From: Macrostomum lignano
Lineage: Eukaryota
Direction of reading: 5' to 3'
DNA length: 64,000 bases
Assembly (NCBI GenBank): GCA_002269645.1
Contig: NIVC01000010.1
Location: 1,736,001 to 1,800,000, forward strand
The notes below the pieces were generated by a model, which saw nothing but the letters and a program-made list of their open reading frames with translations, made no database searches and had not been told where the DNA came from. The first letter of the stretch is position 1; the number at the start of each line of letters is the position of its first letter. Of the stretch, positions 53,722 to 64,000 are shown piece by piece. The position numbers and the translations under genes were made by a program.

Positions 53722-53985
53722 GGGTGGTTGTAGTCTAGTGGTAAGAGCGTCAGACTCACGATTTGAAGGTCATGGGTTCGTTTCTCGTTCCCACTGGAAC
53801 AGTTTGTGTCCTTGAGCAAGCCTTTGCCTTGAGCATTGCTTTACTTCACACAGATGTAAAATAGGTACCAGCATTAGCTGGGGTAATTGAGGGTGTGTGG
53901 CGATCCCCCAGTCCTTGGAATGAACAGCCGTACGCAGCCTTCAGATGCGCCGCGCAATAGCTGCGGCTGAGCTGTCGGTTGCACA
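53722..53985 (+). mobile_element. tRNA-derived SINE, copy 3
   Basis: A box TAGTCTAGTGG, B box GGTTCGTTTC, centre TGTGTCCTTGAGCAAG...TGTAAAATAGG, and a 3' module ending GGTTGCACA followed by a short A run. Confidence 0.75.
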
Positions 53986-54459
53986 AAAAGTTTTTAAATA
54001 GCTCGTATACGCTCATAGGAGCATATTGTAATAACTTCCTCTTACCAGATAAGTCCAAAGCTTAACAGTTCAGTTCTAAACACTTGTAAGTTTTGTCTGT
54101 AAGGTTTCAGCTTCAACTGATTAGGTTGAGGTAAAGTTTTCCATATTTGCTGCTGCCTCATGATGTGCAATAGACAAAACTTCAGCCGCTAAATCTAATT
54201 GAATGTTATGGATAGATAGATAGAAATACCGCTCCTAATTTTCAGACCTTCTAGTTTGTTTACAGTACGACTGAACTGTCAAGCATTGAACTTATCCGAT
54301 GAGAGGTTAAGAAAAAAGTGTACGCTCGTACCCTACAGATACTAGATACTCCTGGTTTGAGGAGCATACTCCCAATCATAGCACTCGTACTTGCCAAGTA
54401 CACCTACCAACGTACATAAACATCAGTGTACTTTATGACCGGTTTCAGTTGCAGACAAA

Positions 54460-56470
54460 ATGGATCGCACCCCAGTGTGCTGCACTGCCTACACAAGTCC
54501 TAACGACCTATGGCTGCAAATCCGTTGGGATGGCGGTCAGCAGCTCAAGTCATTGATGGTAGCCGCTACGAAATGGGCCGCTGCTGATCAGACTGCAAAT
54601 GTCCCATTGAGCACTTTGAGCTCAAACAAAGACTGGGTTCTGGTTCGTCCGAACAATTGGAATCTGTGGTTTCGCGCCAGACTACTGGGTCCAGTGGCTA
54701 GCGACAAGAGCTGCTGTCAGGTGCAGCTGGTGGACTTTGGAAACCGGCTATACTTGCCGCAGAGCCCCGACCGCCTGCTGCCGATGCCCGAATTCTTCGG
54801 AGAACAGAAGCTGCCGAGCTGCGCGGTGCCGTGCCGACTGGCGAGAATTTCACAGCGCAGAGACTGGTCCAAGCGAGACGCTAAACTGCTAGAGGAGCTG
54901 CTCACCATGACTACAGAGGATCGGATTCTAGATGCCGAATTCGATTGGGAAAAGTCAAGTGCGAACGCGCCGACGCCTGTGGAGCTCTACCAGCGCGGTA
55001 GCGAGTTGTCAATCAACGACGCGTTTGGTAATAGAACCGGCAGTCTGATTGCCAAGCTGAGAAGCGGCCAGGTAGTGAATTTCTTGCCAGCTAATCCGAC
55101 CACGCTGAGGTCAATGCCACCAGTGCAGCAGAATCAACCAATAAATGATTTCGACAACTCGTGGGACCAGCCTTTCAATGGCATGGTCAGCCATGTGACG
55201 GACAAGGGCATCGTGTTCGTACAGAAGGACGAAAAACTACTGTCTGGTCTTCAGAGTCAGCTCGAGCTGCTGAGCGACAGCGAAGATCTTGTTCGATTTT
55301 CGGCGAGCTCGTTGCCAGATAAGGATGAGATTTTCGCTGTTTTCCAGGTAAGTAGTGCATGGCTACATGCATAAGCTATAGCGGTATTAGCCTATCAACT
55401 TGTATGCTTTTCACCAAAACCACCGATTTTGCCTACTTATTTTTATACTTTTCAATGTCCATGGCATCAACGAAAAAATGAAAACACTTAATCTTGCAAC
55501 ACTGCCCCACGCTTCGCAGGAGCCGCCACTCCGTCACTACAGAGGACGAGTTTTAGAACTCCTTGGGGGTCAGCGAGTCAAGCTGCTTATCATTGACTTC
55601 GGCTTCGAGCTGATAGTCGATTGGAATCAGTGCGCCAAACTACCAGGTAGAATTCGTTACAAACCGCAGTGCTGCCCGTTTCTACCTGTGCGTCAGGTTA
55701 AAACCGGAGACCCAGGCGTGGATCGCCTAAGTTCGCTTTGGAAGGAAGTCAACAAGAACACTTCTCCAGTCAGGGTGACGGTTACTCCTACTGAAGTTCC
55801 GGACATGGACCCAGTCGAGGTGCAAACTGCAAGAATTGACGTCCATCTGAACAACGGCGGTAGAGAGGACATCGTGGACTTTCTGCTTAGCACTGGAGCT
55901 TCGAAATGCGCTGACACGAAAACTGTTGATCTGAGCACATGCAAGTATCGAAACTGCAGAGAGGAGCTCAACTGGGACGTGGACAATATCGTCTGTGGCA
56001 CGTGCACCCACGTAGAAACCGAGAATTCAGTCGAGCAGTTCGTATTCTTCCAACCGAACACTATGCAAGCAGTCGCCGAACAACTAAAGCTAAAACTGAC
56101 AATTTCCACCGACAAGCTGGAAAAATATGACGCAACCAGCTTCAAACAATTGCCAACGCCAGTTCTTGTACAGAAAGACGAAGACGGTGCCAATTTTCAA
56201 CGCGCCACGGTGGACAATGTTGACAAGACAACGTGCGACGTAACCTACGTAGATATGGGCAAACGGCAGCAAGGTGTTCCAATTGGCAGACTCTATAAAC
56301 TGCCTAGCGATCTGCTAACACTACCAACAATCTGTGTCAAGTGCCAATTGATAAATAAAGCTACCGGCTCCGAAACCGATGAAGTCAAAGTTGGTGACAT
56401 TAAAATCTTTACTATTGTTGGAGTGGCCGATGGCGCCTACAAGATTGCCATCGTGGGGACTGGAAATTGA
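54460..56470 (+). CDS. Protein with three extended Tudor domains (TDRD-like), ~612 aa, 2 exons seen; upstream exons possible
   Basis: Exons 54460-55347 (donor CAG|gtaagt) and 55520-56470 (acceptor ttcgcag|GAG), phase 0. Tudor motifs LWFRARLL...VQLVDFGN, HYRGRVLE...LLIIDFG and FQRATVD...VTYVDMG, each with SN-like flanking segments. Confidence 0.85.
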
Positions 56471-57604
56471 ACCTACCTTCGACATCATATCTAGATACTC
56501 GATATGCGAACAAAAAAACTGCTGTTTATCCTACTTTCAAGTACATACAGTAACTCAAAACAATATCTCGTACAGATGACTAGAAATTTATTCATCTGCA
56601 CTTTTAATAACAATAATTAGCAGCCAAAAATTTATTACTACTATTTATATTCCGCAGCGCCTATTTTTATGTAAGCTACGCGCAAAAATAATTAAAATAA
56701 ACACATGTAACTTCTCAGATATATTTGTAACCAATAGGTTACATTCAAGCACACAGGGTATTACGTGTAATGTATCAATTTGCGTGTGTATTATGTAAGT
56801 ACAAATTGAAGCGACAAAAACTGACTTCGAGAAGAAGCTGCACAATCATCATTAGCATCAGTCCAACAATTTAAATGCTGGCACCGCTAGGCCCATGGCA
56901 GACAGCTTGAAGCACTTAACAGGTTTCTGTGTCAATTTTGCTTCTCGAGTGGATGACTGACACCTGAAAAGTATTGTGAGCAACTTTCTTCGTTTGTCAT
57001 TTTTACAGGAAAAATGTACACTGCTATTAATTAAGCTGTGGCGATCAGGTATGCGAGTGCCGTGGTGATAGTACGAGTACATGCAGCCCCTCAGATTACT
57101 AAAGATAAAAGGCATCATGCGCCAAATAGCATCACAACTTAGTAAACTAAAATGTAAGATCCAGGCAAAACAGCGTGGGTGTGCTTGTTTTAAATGACGC
57201 TGCCCCAATCGCACAGGTAGTAGTTAAAAGTCCCACTTCTGACTACTTATTTAGTAATATCAGAAGAGGGTCTTTAGAGACACATTTGAGACCTGAATCA
57301 TGAATCATGTACGCCCGGCCTTACAACCGGAATCACAGGCGATGCTCTTAAGTGACCGGTCAAGATTACAGGCGATTGTAATTAAATAAGTTTTCACTCT
57401 GGTGTCATTTGGCGTCGGATTGTTAAAATTGCCTTTATAGTTATCATCATTGGGGCAATGCATTATAATAGGTACGAGTATTTATAAAAAAACTTCAAAA
57501 GAAAGAACCTAAACTAAATAAAAACTCGTATATTGAAAAACTGTATCTTAAGATTACTACCCTCGTATTTTATTACCAGTACCTGAGTATCTAAGAAGCT
57601 GAAT

Positions 57605-57750
57605 ATACGAGATGCTGGCCCAGCAACTAAAGATCTGGGAAGCTGACCTGGCTATTGAGTATTTGGGAAGCTGACCCAGCAATTGAGGATCTGGGACGGT
57701 GGCTCAGCAATTCAGAATCTGGAAAGCTGACCTAGCAATTGTGGATCATT
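57605..57750. repeat. Degenerate ~27-bp tandem repeat, about 5 copies
   Basis: Unit close to GATCTGGGAAGCTGACC(T/C)(G/A)GCAATTGA. Confidence 0.7.
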
Positions 57751-58352
57751 TAACATGAGCATTTAACTACATAATAATGAGTACTAAAAACGAATACTCA
57801 ACACTGCTTAGTAAACAATATAGTCAGTAGGCTCAGACAATATTGGACAGTTGATTTCATAACTGAATTAGCTGGCAATCATATTAGTCAATTGAGAAAT
57901 ATTTTCCCTAAACACTAAAACGATTGCCAAACAGCCTGTACGAGCGACGCCAGTTATCTGATACCTTGCCGTGGAAATGCAAAAAATAGAACTGCTTGCA
58001 ATCCACAGTTAAGTAAAGAAGGGCCCGCCGCTCAAGGAGCAAGTGCAATATTAGCTCCCACACTGTCCCTGGCCATTGCAGTGTCTGCGTATCGCTCGGT
58101 GAATCTGCTAAAGCGTTACGCATGTTCAAATAGCAAACCAGAGTCTCAAATTAGCGCGCCATTGTCATCATTGCCTGATTTATGAACTGTTCAAACTGTA
58201 CAAATATACAAGGCTTGTTCTGTTCAGTTTGACTAGGCCTAGGCTTTGTGTCACAATATTGGGATTCTATTTTTAGCCACAGCAAGTTTGGGACTTTTTA
58301 AGTCACAATGGAAAGCATTTCCAACAACTTACTCAATCGGATTAAAAACTAT

Positions 58353-59486
58353 TTAGATAAACTTGGATCTGATCAATTTAATTGGCAGTCGAAGTTTCAA
58401 TTGTCGCATCACCCGAACAAACTGATAAGGAAACGGCGCTTTGATAACTGACACTGATGCAGAATCGCTAGGCGATTTGCTCGGATCCACTGGCACAGCA
58501 ACGCGTTGGCAGTGCAAGAACAATGGCAAATCTCTAGCCCTAGCTGGCCGAATACCCAGTCTAGTTAGTGTGCTCTCCGGCAATCGTTGGGGCATCAGCC
58601 GATCTCGCATGCTCGAATACTTGTGATCACCGAGCACTGGCGTGTTCAAACCATAGCCCAGATGCACCCGGATCTGATGCTTGCAACCTGTCAATGGTTG
58701 GACTTCAACCAGAGCGCATCGTTCGAATTTGTCAACAACTCGATACCGGGTGACAGCTTCTTTAGCTCCCGACCTGCTCGAAGCTGTCGGCACCCGAGCT
58801 CTAGTCAGCACCGTCAAGTTGGCTTCATCGAGAGCCGACTGAGTCGGGCGTAAGGCCGCTCGCCAATCACAGTCTCTATGCTTAGCCGAAGCTGTCAACG
58901 GGATGTCAACGATGCCCTCCAACGGACTGGGCACATCGCGAGTTATACAATAATAGTACTTTTCTATACGGCGTTCTTTAAAACAGAGCTTTAAATGTCG
59001 AGCCTGCTGCTCGGTGCGAGCTAACAGTACAATGCCAGTTGAAGTTCGATCGATTCGATGCACCGGGTGCAGGTGAGGACAAGACAGTCGAGCCGCAAGG
59101 CCTGGCAGGTGATCGATTAAGTTAACTGATCCGCGAGCAACTGTGCCACCCTGACAGCACACATTGTAGGGCTTGTTAATTGCTACAATGCCGTATTTAT
59201 CCCAGACAATGTTCTTATAAAGAAATTCGACAATTTCATCAGGCTTTAGGCTGGCGAATGACCAGGTACGCTTGTTGGGTAGAACAGACCCGTCTTCTTT
59301 GTCTATGGGATTGTTAATAGGCATTTTATCGCCTTGTTTCACTTGAGCAGACGACTCAGATTTAGCCATTTTTTCACTGTTATTAATCATCTCAGTACGA
59401 ATTTTCAAAGCATAGTCAAATGCAGTGGCACTAGATGCATAGCATCGGGTGAAGGCTGGCAGTAGTGGCATCATTGATGAAAACAT
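58353..59486 (-). CDS. RPUSD4: RluA-family RNA pseudouridine synthase, RPUSD4-like (probably mitochondrial), intronless, 377 aa
   Basis: Catalytic HRIDRTSTG, KYYYCI, TGCKHQIRVHL and PVLGDHKYS motifs; N-terminus resembles a mitochondrial presequence. Confidence 0.85.
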   Translation of the reverse strand: MFSSMMPLLPAFTRCYASSATAFDYALKIRTEMINNSEKMAKSESSAQVKQGDKMPINNPIDKEDGSVLPNKRTWSFASLKPDEIVEFLYKNIVWDKYGIVAINKPYNVCCQGGTVARGSVNLIDHLPGLAARLSCPHLHPVHRIDRTSTGIVLLARTEQQARHLKLCFKERRIEKYYYCITRDVPSPLEGIVDIPLTASAKHRDCDWRAALRPTQSALDEANLTVLTRARVPTASSRSGAKEAVTRYRVVDKFERCALVEVQPLTGCKHQIRVHLGYGLNTPVLGDHKYSSMRDRLMPQRLPESTLTRLGIRPARARDLPLFLHCQRVAVPVDPSKSPSDSASVSVIKAPFPYQFVRVMRQLKLRLPIKLIRSKFI

Positions 59487-62400
59487 GTTTATGTAAAATC
59501 AGCAAATAGAACATTATAAAAGACAGCAAATCATATAAGTATGGATTGTTTGTTAAATAATAAAATAATTTCCTATCTTAAACTGAAAAAATAAGCTACA
59601 TTATTAAATTAACATCATACTTTCCCTGGGGCATTAGCAGCTATGAGTCAAGAGTGTTCTCAGCTAAGAATGCATGAATCTTGTGTTAGAATTTCAGGAG
59701 CCAATAGTTACAATCTAGGAATTTCTTCTAAAGTGAAGCTAAGAAAGACAGGTGCTAAAAGTAAAAGTGTTGCACAATGTGGACATTCTATAATGAGTGA
59801 GTCTAACAAACCAAGACTGCAAGATATACAAAAAAGCTCCTTTGGTGTATTTTTATAACAAGATAGAAAAAGTAAAAACGTCTATTTTGAAATTTAGCAG
59901 GAGCTTAGCTTTGACATGAAACTTGCACAAAAGTAGTCACAGGTACATGATGAAATAAAGAGCAACATGAAGAGCATCTATTATAAAGTGAAGGTCTAAT
60001 AATTATGCATTTATTTAAATTCAATGGCATACATAAGCACTATGAGCTAAAACACTAATAAGGTGATATATTGTTGCACATACAAATGCAACTTCCTAAA
60101 TTTAATCTAGCCAATGTGACAGTTTGCCATAAAATCATATACCTTTATCTAGAAGGTACTTTTGCAATAGCTTTGCACTGTATAAGCATATGCAATTCAA
60201 ATCTTTTCTCCCTGCCTTCAATAATCTTTTTTCCTTAAGGAATGTATCCCTTAAAAATTATTGATGCTTGGTACCTGCCTTGGCTTTGGCAAAGCAAGAC
60301 AAGCTAATGATAAATGAACAAACTAAAAACTAAATTTGGTTGCAACTTATTTGTAATTAAGAACTAGCGATTCTAAGGAGCCCTACTAAACAATTGGCTA
60401 TATAGCAACAATAGCAGCTAATAGTTTGGAAGCCTATTGAATAATATATATATAAGTCATATTGCCTAATAACTAAGCAAGTTCATTTAACTTCTATGCC
60501 TAATGGACAATGACCTCACATAAGCTCTCCTCAGAAGTTCCCTATAGCCATATCCTAAGAACAGAGCCACACAGCTTTAAAGCATAAACCCAATATAGCT
60601 ATGGTTGAATGCTAGCTTTGTAGTCTAGTGGGCTTTAACTTCAATAACCAATATAGCCACTACAACTACAACTACTGTCCATGCATGGATTTGGGGATTT
60701 AATCAACAAAGAGTTACAATGCCATATGCATGTTGCAGTTGGGTGGTAGGCCTAGTGGCTAAATTTAGGATAAATGTTTTCACTTTTAATACAAGATAAG
60801 ATCTTTAAGTCCCTAGGGTCAAAGATTCAAACAACATTTTTGATATTGTACAAACATTGTAGTTTAAATAGGGCTTAAGTTAAGATGAATAAAGCCAATG
60901 GGAAAGTCACCTAGCATTTGCCATTATCAAAGAAGTAATAAGGCAATATACCTAGAAATTTGCTATATTTTTGTATGCTAGGTGCTACAAATGCATATCA
61001 AAGGAATCAAAGAAATAACAAATGTCACTACTTTCTTACCTAGTCACTAGTTTATTTAGACTTCTCATCTGCTATTTAGCTCTCTTTGTTTACATTGTCT
61101 CAAACAATATAGTTCAAACCTCTCTTTCTCTCTCTCCTTTTCCTTTTTCTGATTGGTCAGTTTCTCATTCTTTTATAAGCCTCTTATTCTCTCACCTGTT
61201 GCATATTCAACCCTCCTTACTTTATGTCAGCCAACCTTTTTAGTTAAGCCTTTAAGTCCATTTGGCCTAGAGGCTCTTCCAAATCTGTCAAGCCATTTAT
61301 TGGCTTGCTTATTCGACTAAACATGCCTATAACAAGCTCCAAAAGTGGCCAACAAAGTTCTAGGCCTAGCAGCAAGTTTAATTGATATCTTCAAGAGTCC
61401 TAAGATATGGAATTCAGACTTATGGCCTCAAAAGTCATAGTTTTAAGAGTTGGATAGTTGAGTTGAAACATTGTTAAGCAAAATTTGGTAGTATGATATG
61501 CATATTTAAGTCTTTGTCTATTCTCACAAGACCTAGTTTAGCTAGTTTTAGCTTTTTATTGTTTGTTTTTTGTGACTGGTAAAGAGCAATAGGACAATGT
61601 ATCAGTTATAATAAATGCCAATATGGCCATAAGCCCCCTCACTGCCAAGGATATTATTAAGGCAATGGAATAGACTACCTATATACCAGATATAAAATAG
61701 CTTGTATAGTTAGCAATTAAGCACAATTGCTTAGTACCATATCTTAAAGTCAATATTGCATAAATATGTATAGTCTTATTGGAACCTTCCAAGAGACAAT
61801 CCTATCTAGTGAAGACTACAAAAACTAGTTTAAACTTGATATTCAAAGCTACATTGTTGAAGTTGCTAAAGCTCCTAAGCAAGCAAATGACTTGACACTA
61901 TAACTACAATTGACATTTCAGTCTAGCAAAGTGGTCAATGCTAAACTAAATGAGCAAGTTTTCTAAGCAGCATTCTACAACAATCTAGATATACAGCCAT
62001 GCTGGCCAAAGGACATGCTTGTTGCTAGATTTTATAGGTCCACTTTATTGAGATGGCATAGATATGTTTTTATGCAATATTTACATTTGGCTTTTTTTTA
62101 AAGAACATACTTACCAAATTTAAAATGTATATACTTCAATATTTATTTTCAAATTATGCCAAGAAAGTATATTTCAAGAAAATATACATTTGTTCATTAG
62201 TATTATTATTATTTTTATAGTTTCTAAAAGCCTGATTTACCAAAGTATCCTAATTTTATTATAGGAAGCTCAAATAAATATGATTTGCAAAATTGACTAT
62301 AGAGTAATTTTTGGCATTTAACATTTCTTGGCATCAACCTTGACTACAGGCTTACTCTAAAACCCCATTGTGAGGCTGTTATCACCAAATGCAGAGCACT

Positions 62401-64000
62401 TATTGTGCTATGGTGCTATGGTACAAACAGAGAGAGTGGGCCATCTCTGCACCTCTAATCTAGCCTACACTAGCAAAGAAAGCAAAAAGAACATTAAGCA
62501 ACAACAAAGGAAATGAACAACAAACAAAAAAACTTGCCAAGAAGAGTCAGAATGGCATCCAAGCTAAATCCACATAGTAAATTGTTGCATAGGTCCCACA
62601 CTGTGGATAACCTATAGATGCCAATTTCAGCCAGGAACCCACATTGGGCCTGCAGACCCTAACCTAGTAGACCTCAAAAGGCTCTTAATCTTGTACCAAG
62701 CAACAATTGCTTTTCTGTGCTTTTGTCAATAGTTTGATTTTTTTTATATACCCATGAAAAAATCATGCATCCCGTGTCTAAACCCAATTCAAATATTTCT
62801 TCTACTTTCACTATTTATACTAGCATCTAGAGAAGAAAGCCATTATAAATGATTATTAAAATGACAAAAATAAAAGTTTAAAAGAACGTCACCATTTGGG
62901 CTGGAACAGTGCATAGGCTCACTCTTATCTATTATCAGGCTCTCAATTAGCTGTACTCACAAATATCTATTAAACAAAATAAATAGCTTTTACTACCTTT
63001 ATACTACATTTTTACTTCCAATTTTTTTTATACAAAATAACTATTATTGCAAACCTTCAAATAATGCTCATTTTAATAATTATAAATATGTATATTGCGG
63101 CTAAGCCCCCCCCCCCAAGGGCTGACCTATAACCTTAAATTTTTAAGGTCAATGCATATTAACAACAACAAAGTCATTTGATTAGAGCTATTAGAGTTGC
63201 ATTGGATGATACCAATGGTTGGCATTGGCACTAATGCTATGAAATTGCTTTGAGACCATACTACAAAGCAAAGCTCTATTATATAGGCATTAGTAATTAT
63301 GACTAAAACAGAATTAAGGTCTACTATTTTTACTTTAGGAACCAAGCAACAAAAATATGATTCAAGCAAAGCCATTGATTCTAGGTTTTTTGTTTCATAG
63401 GCATGCAATGACATGTCAAAATTAAAAATGGCATAATGATTTTTTGCCATTATGTTATTGTCAAATTGCCAATGCTAAATCCCTGATTCCAAATTTCAGT
63501 TTTAACCATAAACTTTTAAATTTGTTCAAATATTACCTTGTTTGTTGTGATAGCTGCATTTTATCAATTTATTTGTTATGCCAATGGCATATTGAAATTG
63601 AAAATGACATAATGATTTTGATACTATTATGCAAAATGGCAATAAAAAACCTAGCATTGATCAATACTAAGCAAAAGTGTATCAATATATTTTGTAAAAA
63701 TTTCAATTTCAATTTCAAAGGTAAAAAAATATATATTTTGCATTGGTAAAATTTCTTGTCTAGCTAGATATGAATCTAGAATCATATTTATAGAATTGGC
63801 TATCTAGCAATATCATTCATTAAACTCACTATAGGGCATAGGCCTATGTACATTTTTAGCTATTGACAAGAAAATTTCCAAAAATAAATATTTTCATATT
63901 ATGCCAACATTTTAGAAAGGTTTTTTTCATTAAAATTCCATTCCTTATTAATCATTAATTGAGATGGCATAATTTATGTTGGGGCAAAAGGTTGTCCACT
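59450..64000. other. CpG-depleted compositional domain running to the window end
   Basis: Manual count of 6 CpG in about 4550 bp (near 59879, 60368, 61314, 62773, 62887, 63098), while GpC occurs on almost every 60-nt line. Confidence 0.9.

Noticed and set aside
53722-53795. tRNA gene
   Set aside because: It has A/B boxes, but it runs into a CORE-like domain and a shared tail present in three dispersed copies, so it is a SINE head.
53915-53985. Hammerhead or HDV-like ribozyme in the SINE tail
   Set aside because: CTGAAGG on the minus strand only loosely resembles CUGANGA, there is no GAAA core, and I could not build an HDV pseudoknot by eye.
61020-61200. K/E/R-rich minus-strand frame as a decayed coiled-coil gene
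   Set aside because: It is explained by a CT/GA low-complexity tract and has several stops.
59450-64000. Fungal-type RIP (CpA to TpA) as the cause of the composition shift
   Set aside because: CpA and TpG remain abundant; only CpG is lost.

Overview
Eukaryotic (invertebrate metazoan) genomic DNA with GT-AG introns. The minisatellite-filled introns resemble free-living flatworm genomes such as Macrostomum, which is an unverified inference. Gene content from left to right: (1) a 5'-truncated multi-CUB single-pass membrane gene (+) facing the 3' end of an inverted paralog (-) that shares a near-identical ~350-bp tract; (2) an orphan disordered ORF (-); (3) a three-exon gene that splices 17 ankyrin repeats onto a Mab-21/cGAS-like receptor (cGLR) nucleotidyltransferase, ~1252 aa (-), which the ORF track shows as three unrelated ORFs; (4) an intronless DAPK1-like ANK-ROC-COR-death-domain gene with no kinase domain (-); (5) a 9-exon turtle/IGSF9-like gene (5 Ig + 2 FN3 + TM, +) whose introns are packed with different tandem arrays; (6) a three-Tudor-domain gene (+); (7) an RPUSD4-like pseudouridine synthase (-). 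Mobile DNA: a 2.7-kb Gypsy-type element with identical LTRs encoding one in-frame Gag-protease-integrase ORF but no RT/RNase H, a truncated Gypsy gag with tRNA-His PBS, a Tc1 remnant, three tRNA-derived SINE copies and three MITEs with 8-bp TSDs. The last ~4.5 kb is a sharply bounded domain almost devoid of CpG (6 counted by eye). Strongest leads: the ANK-cGLR fusion, the CpG-erased domain and the RT-less coding LTR element. All gene models were built by hand from splice signals and reading-frame phase; no database searches were run.
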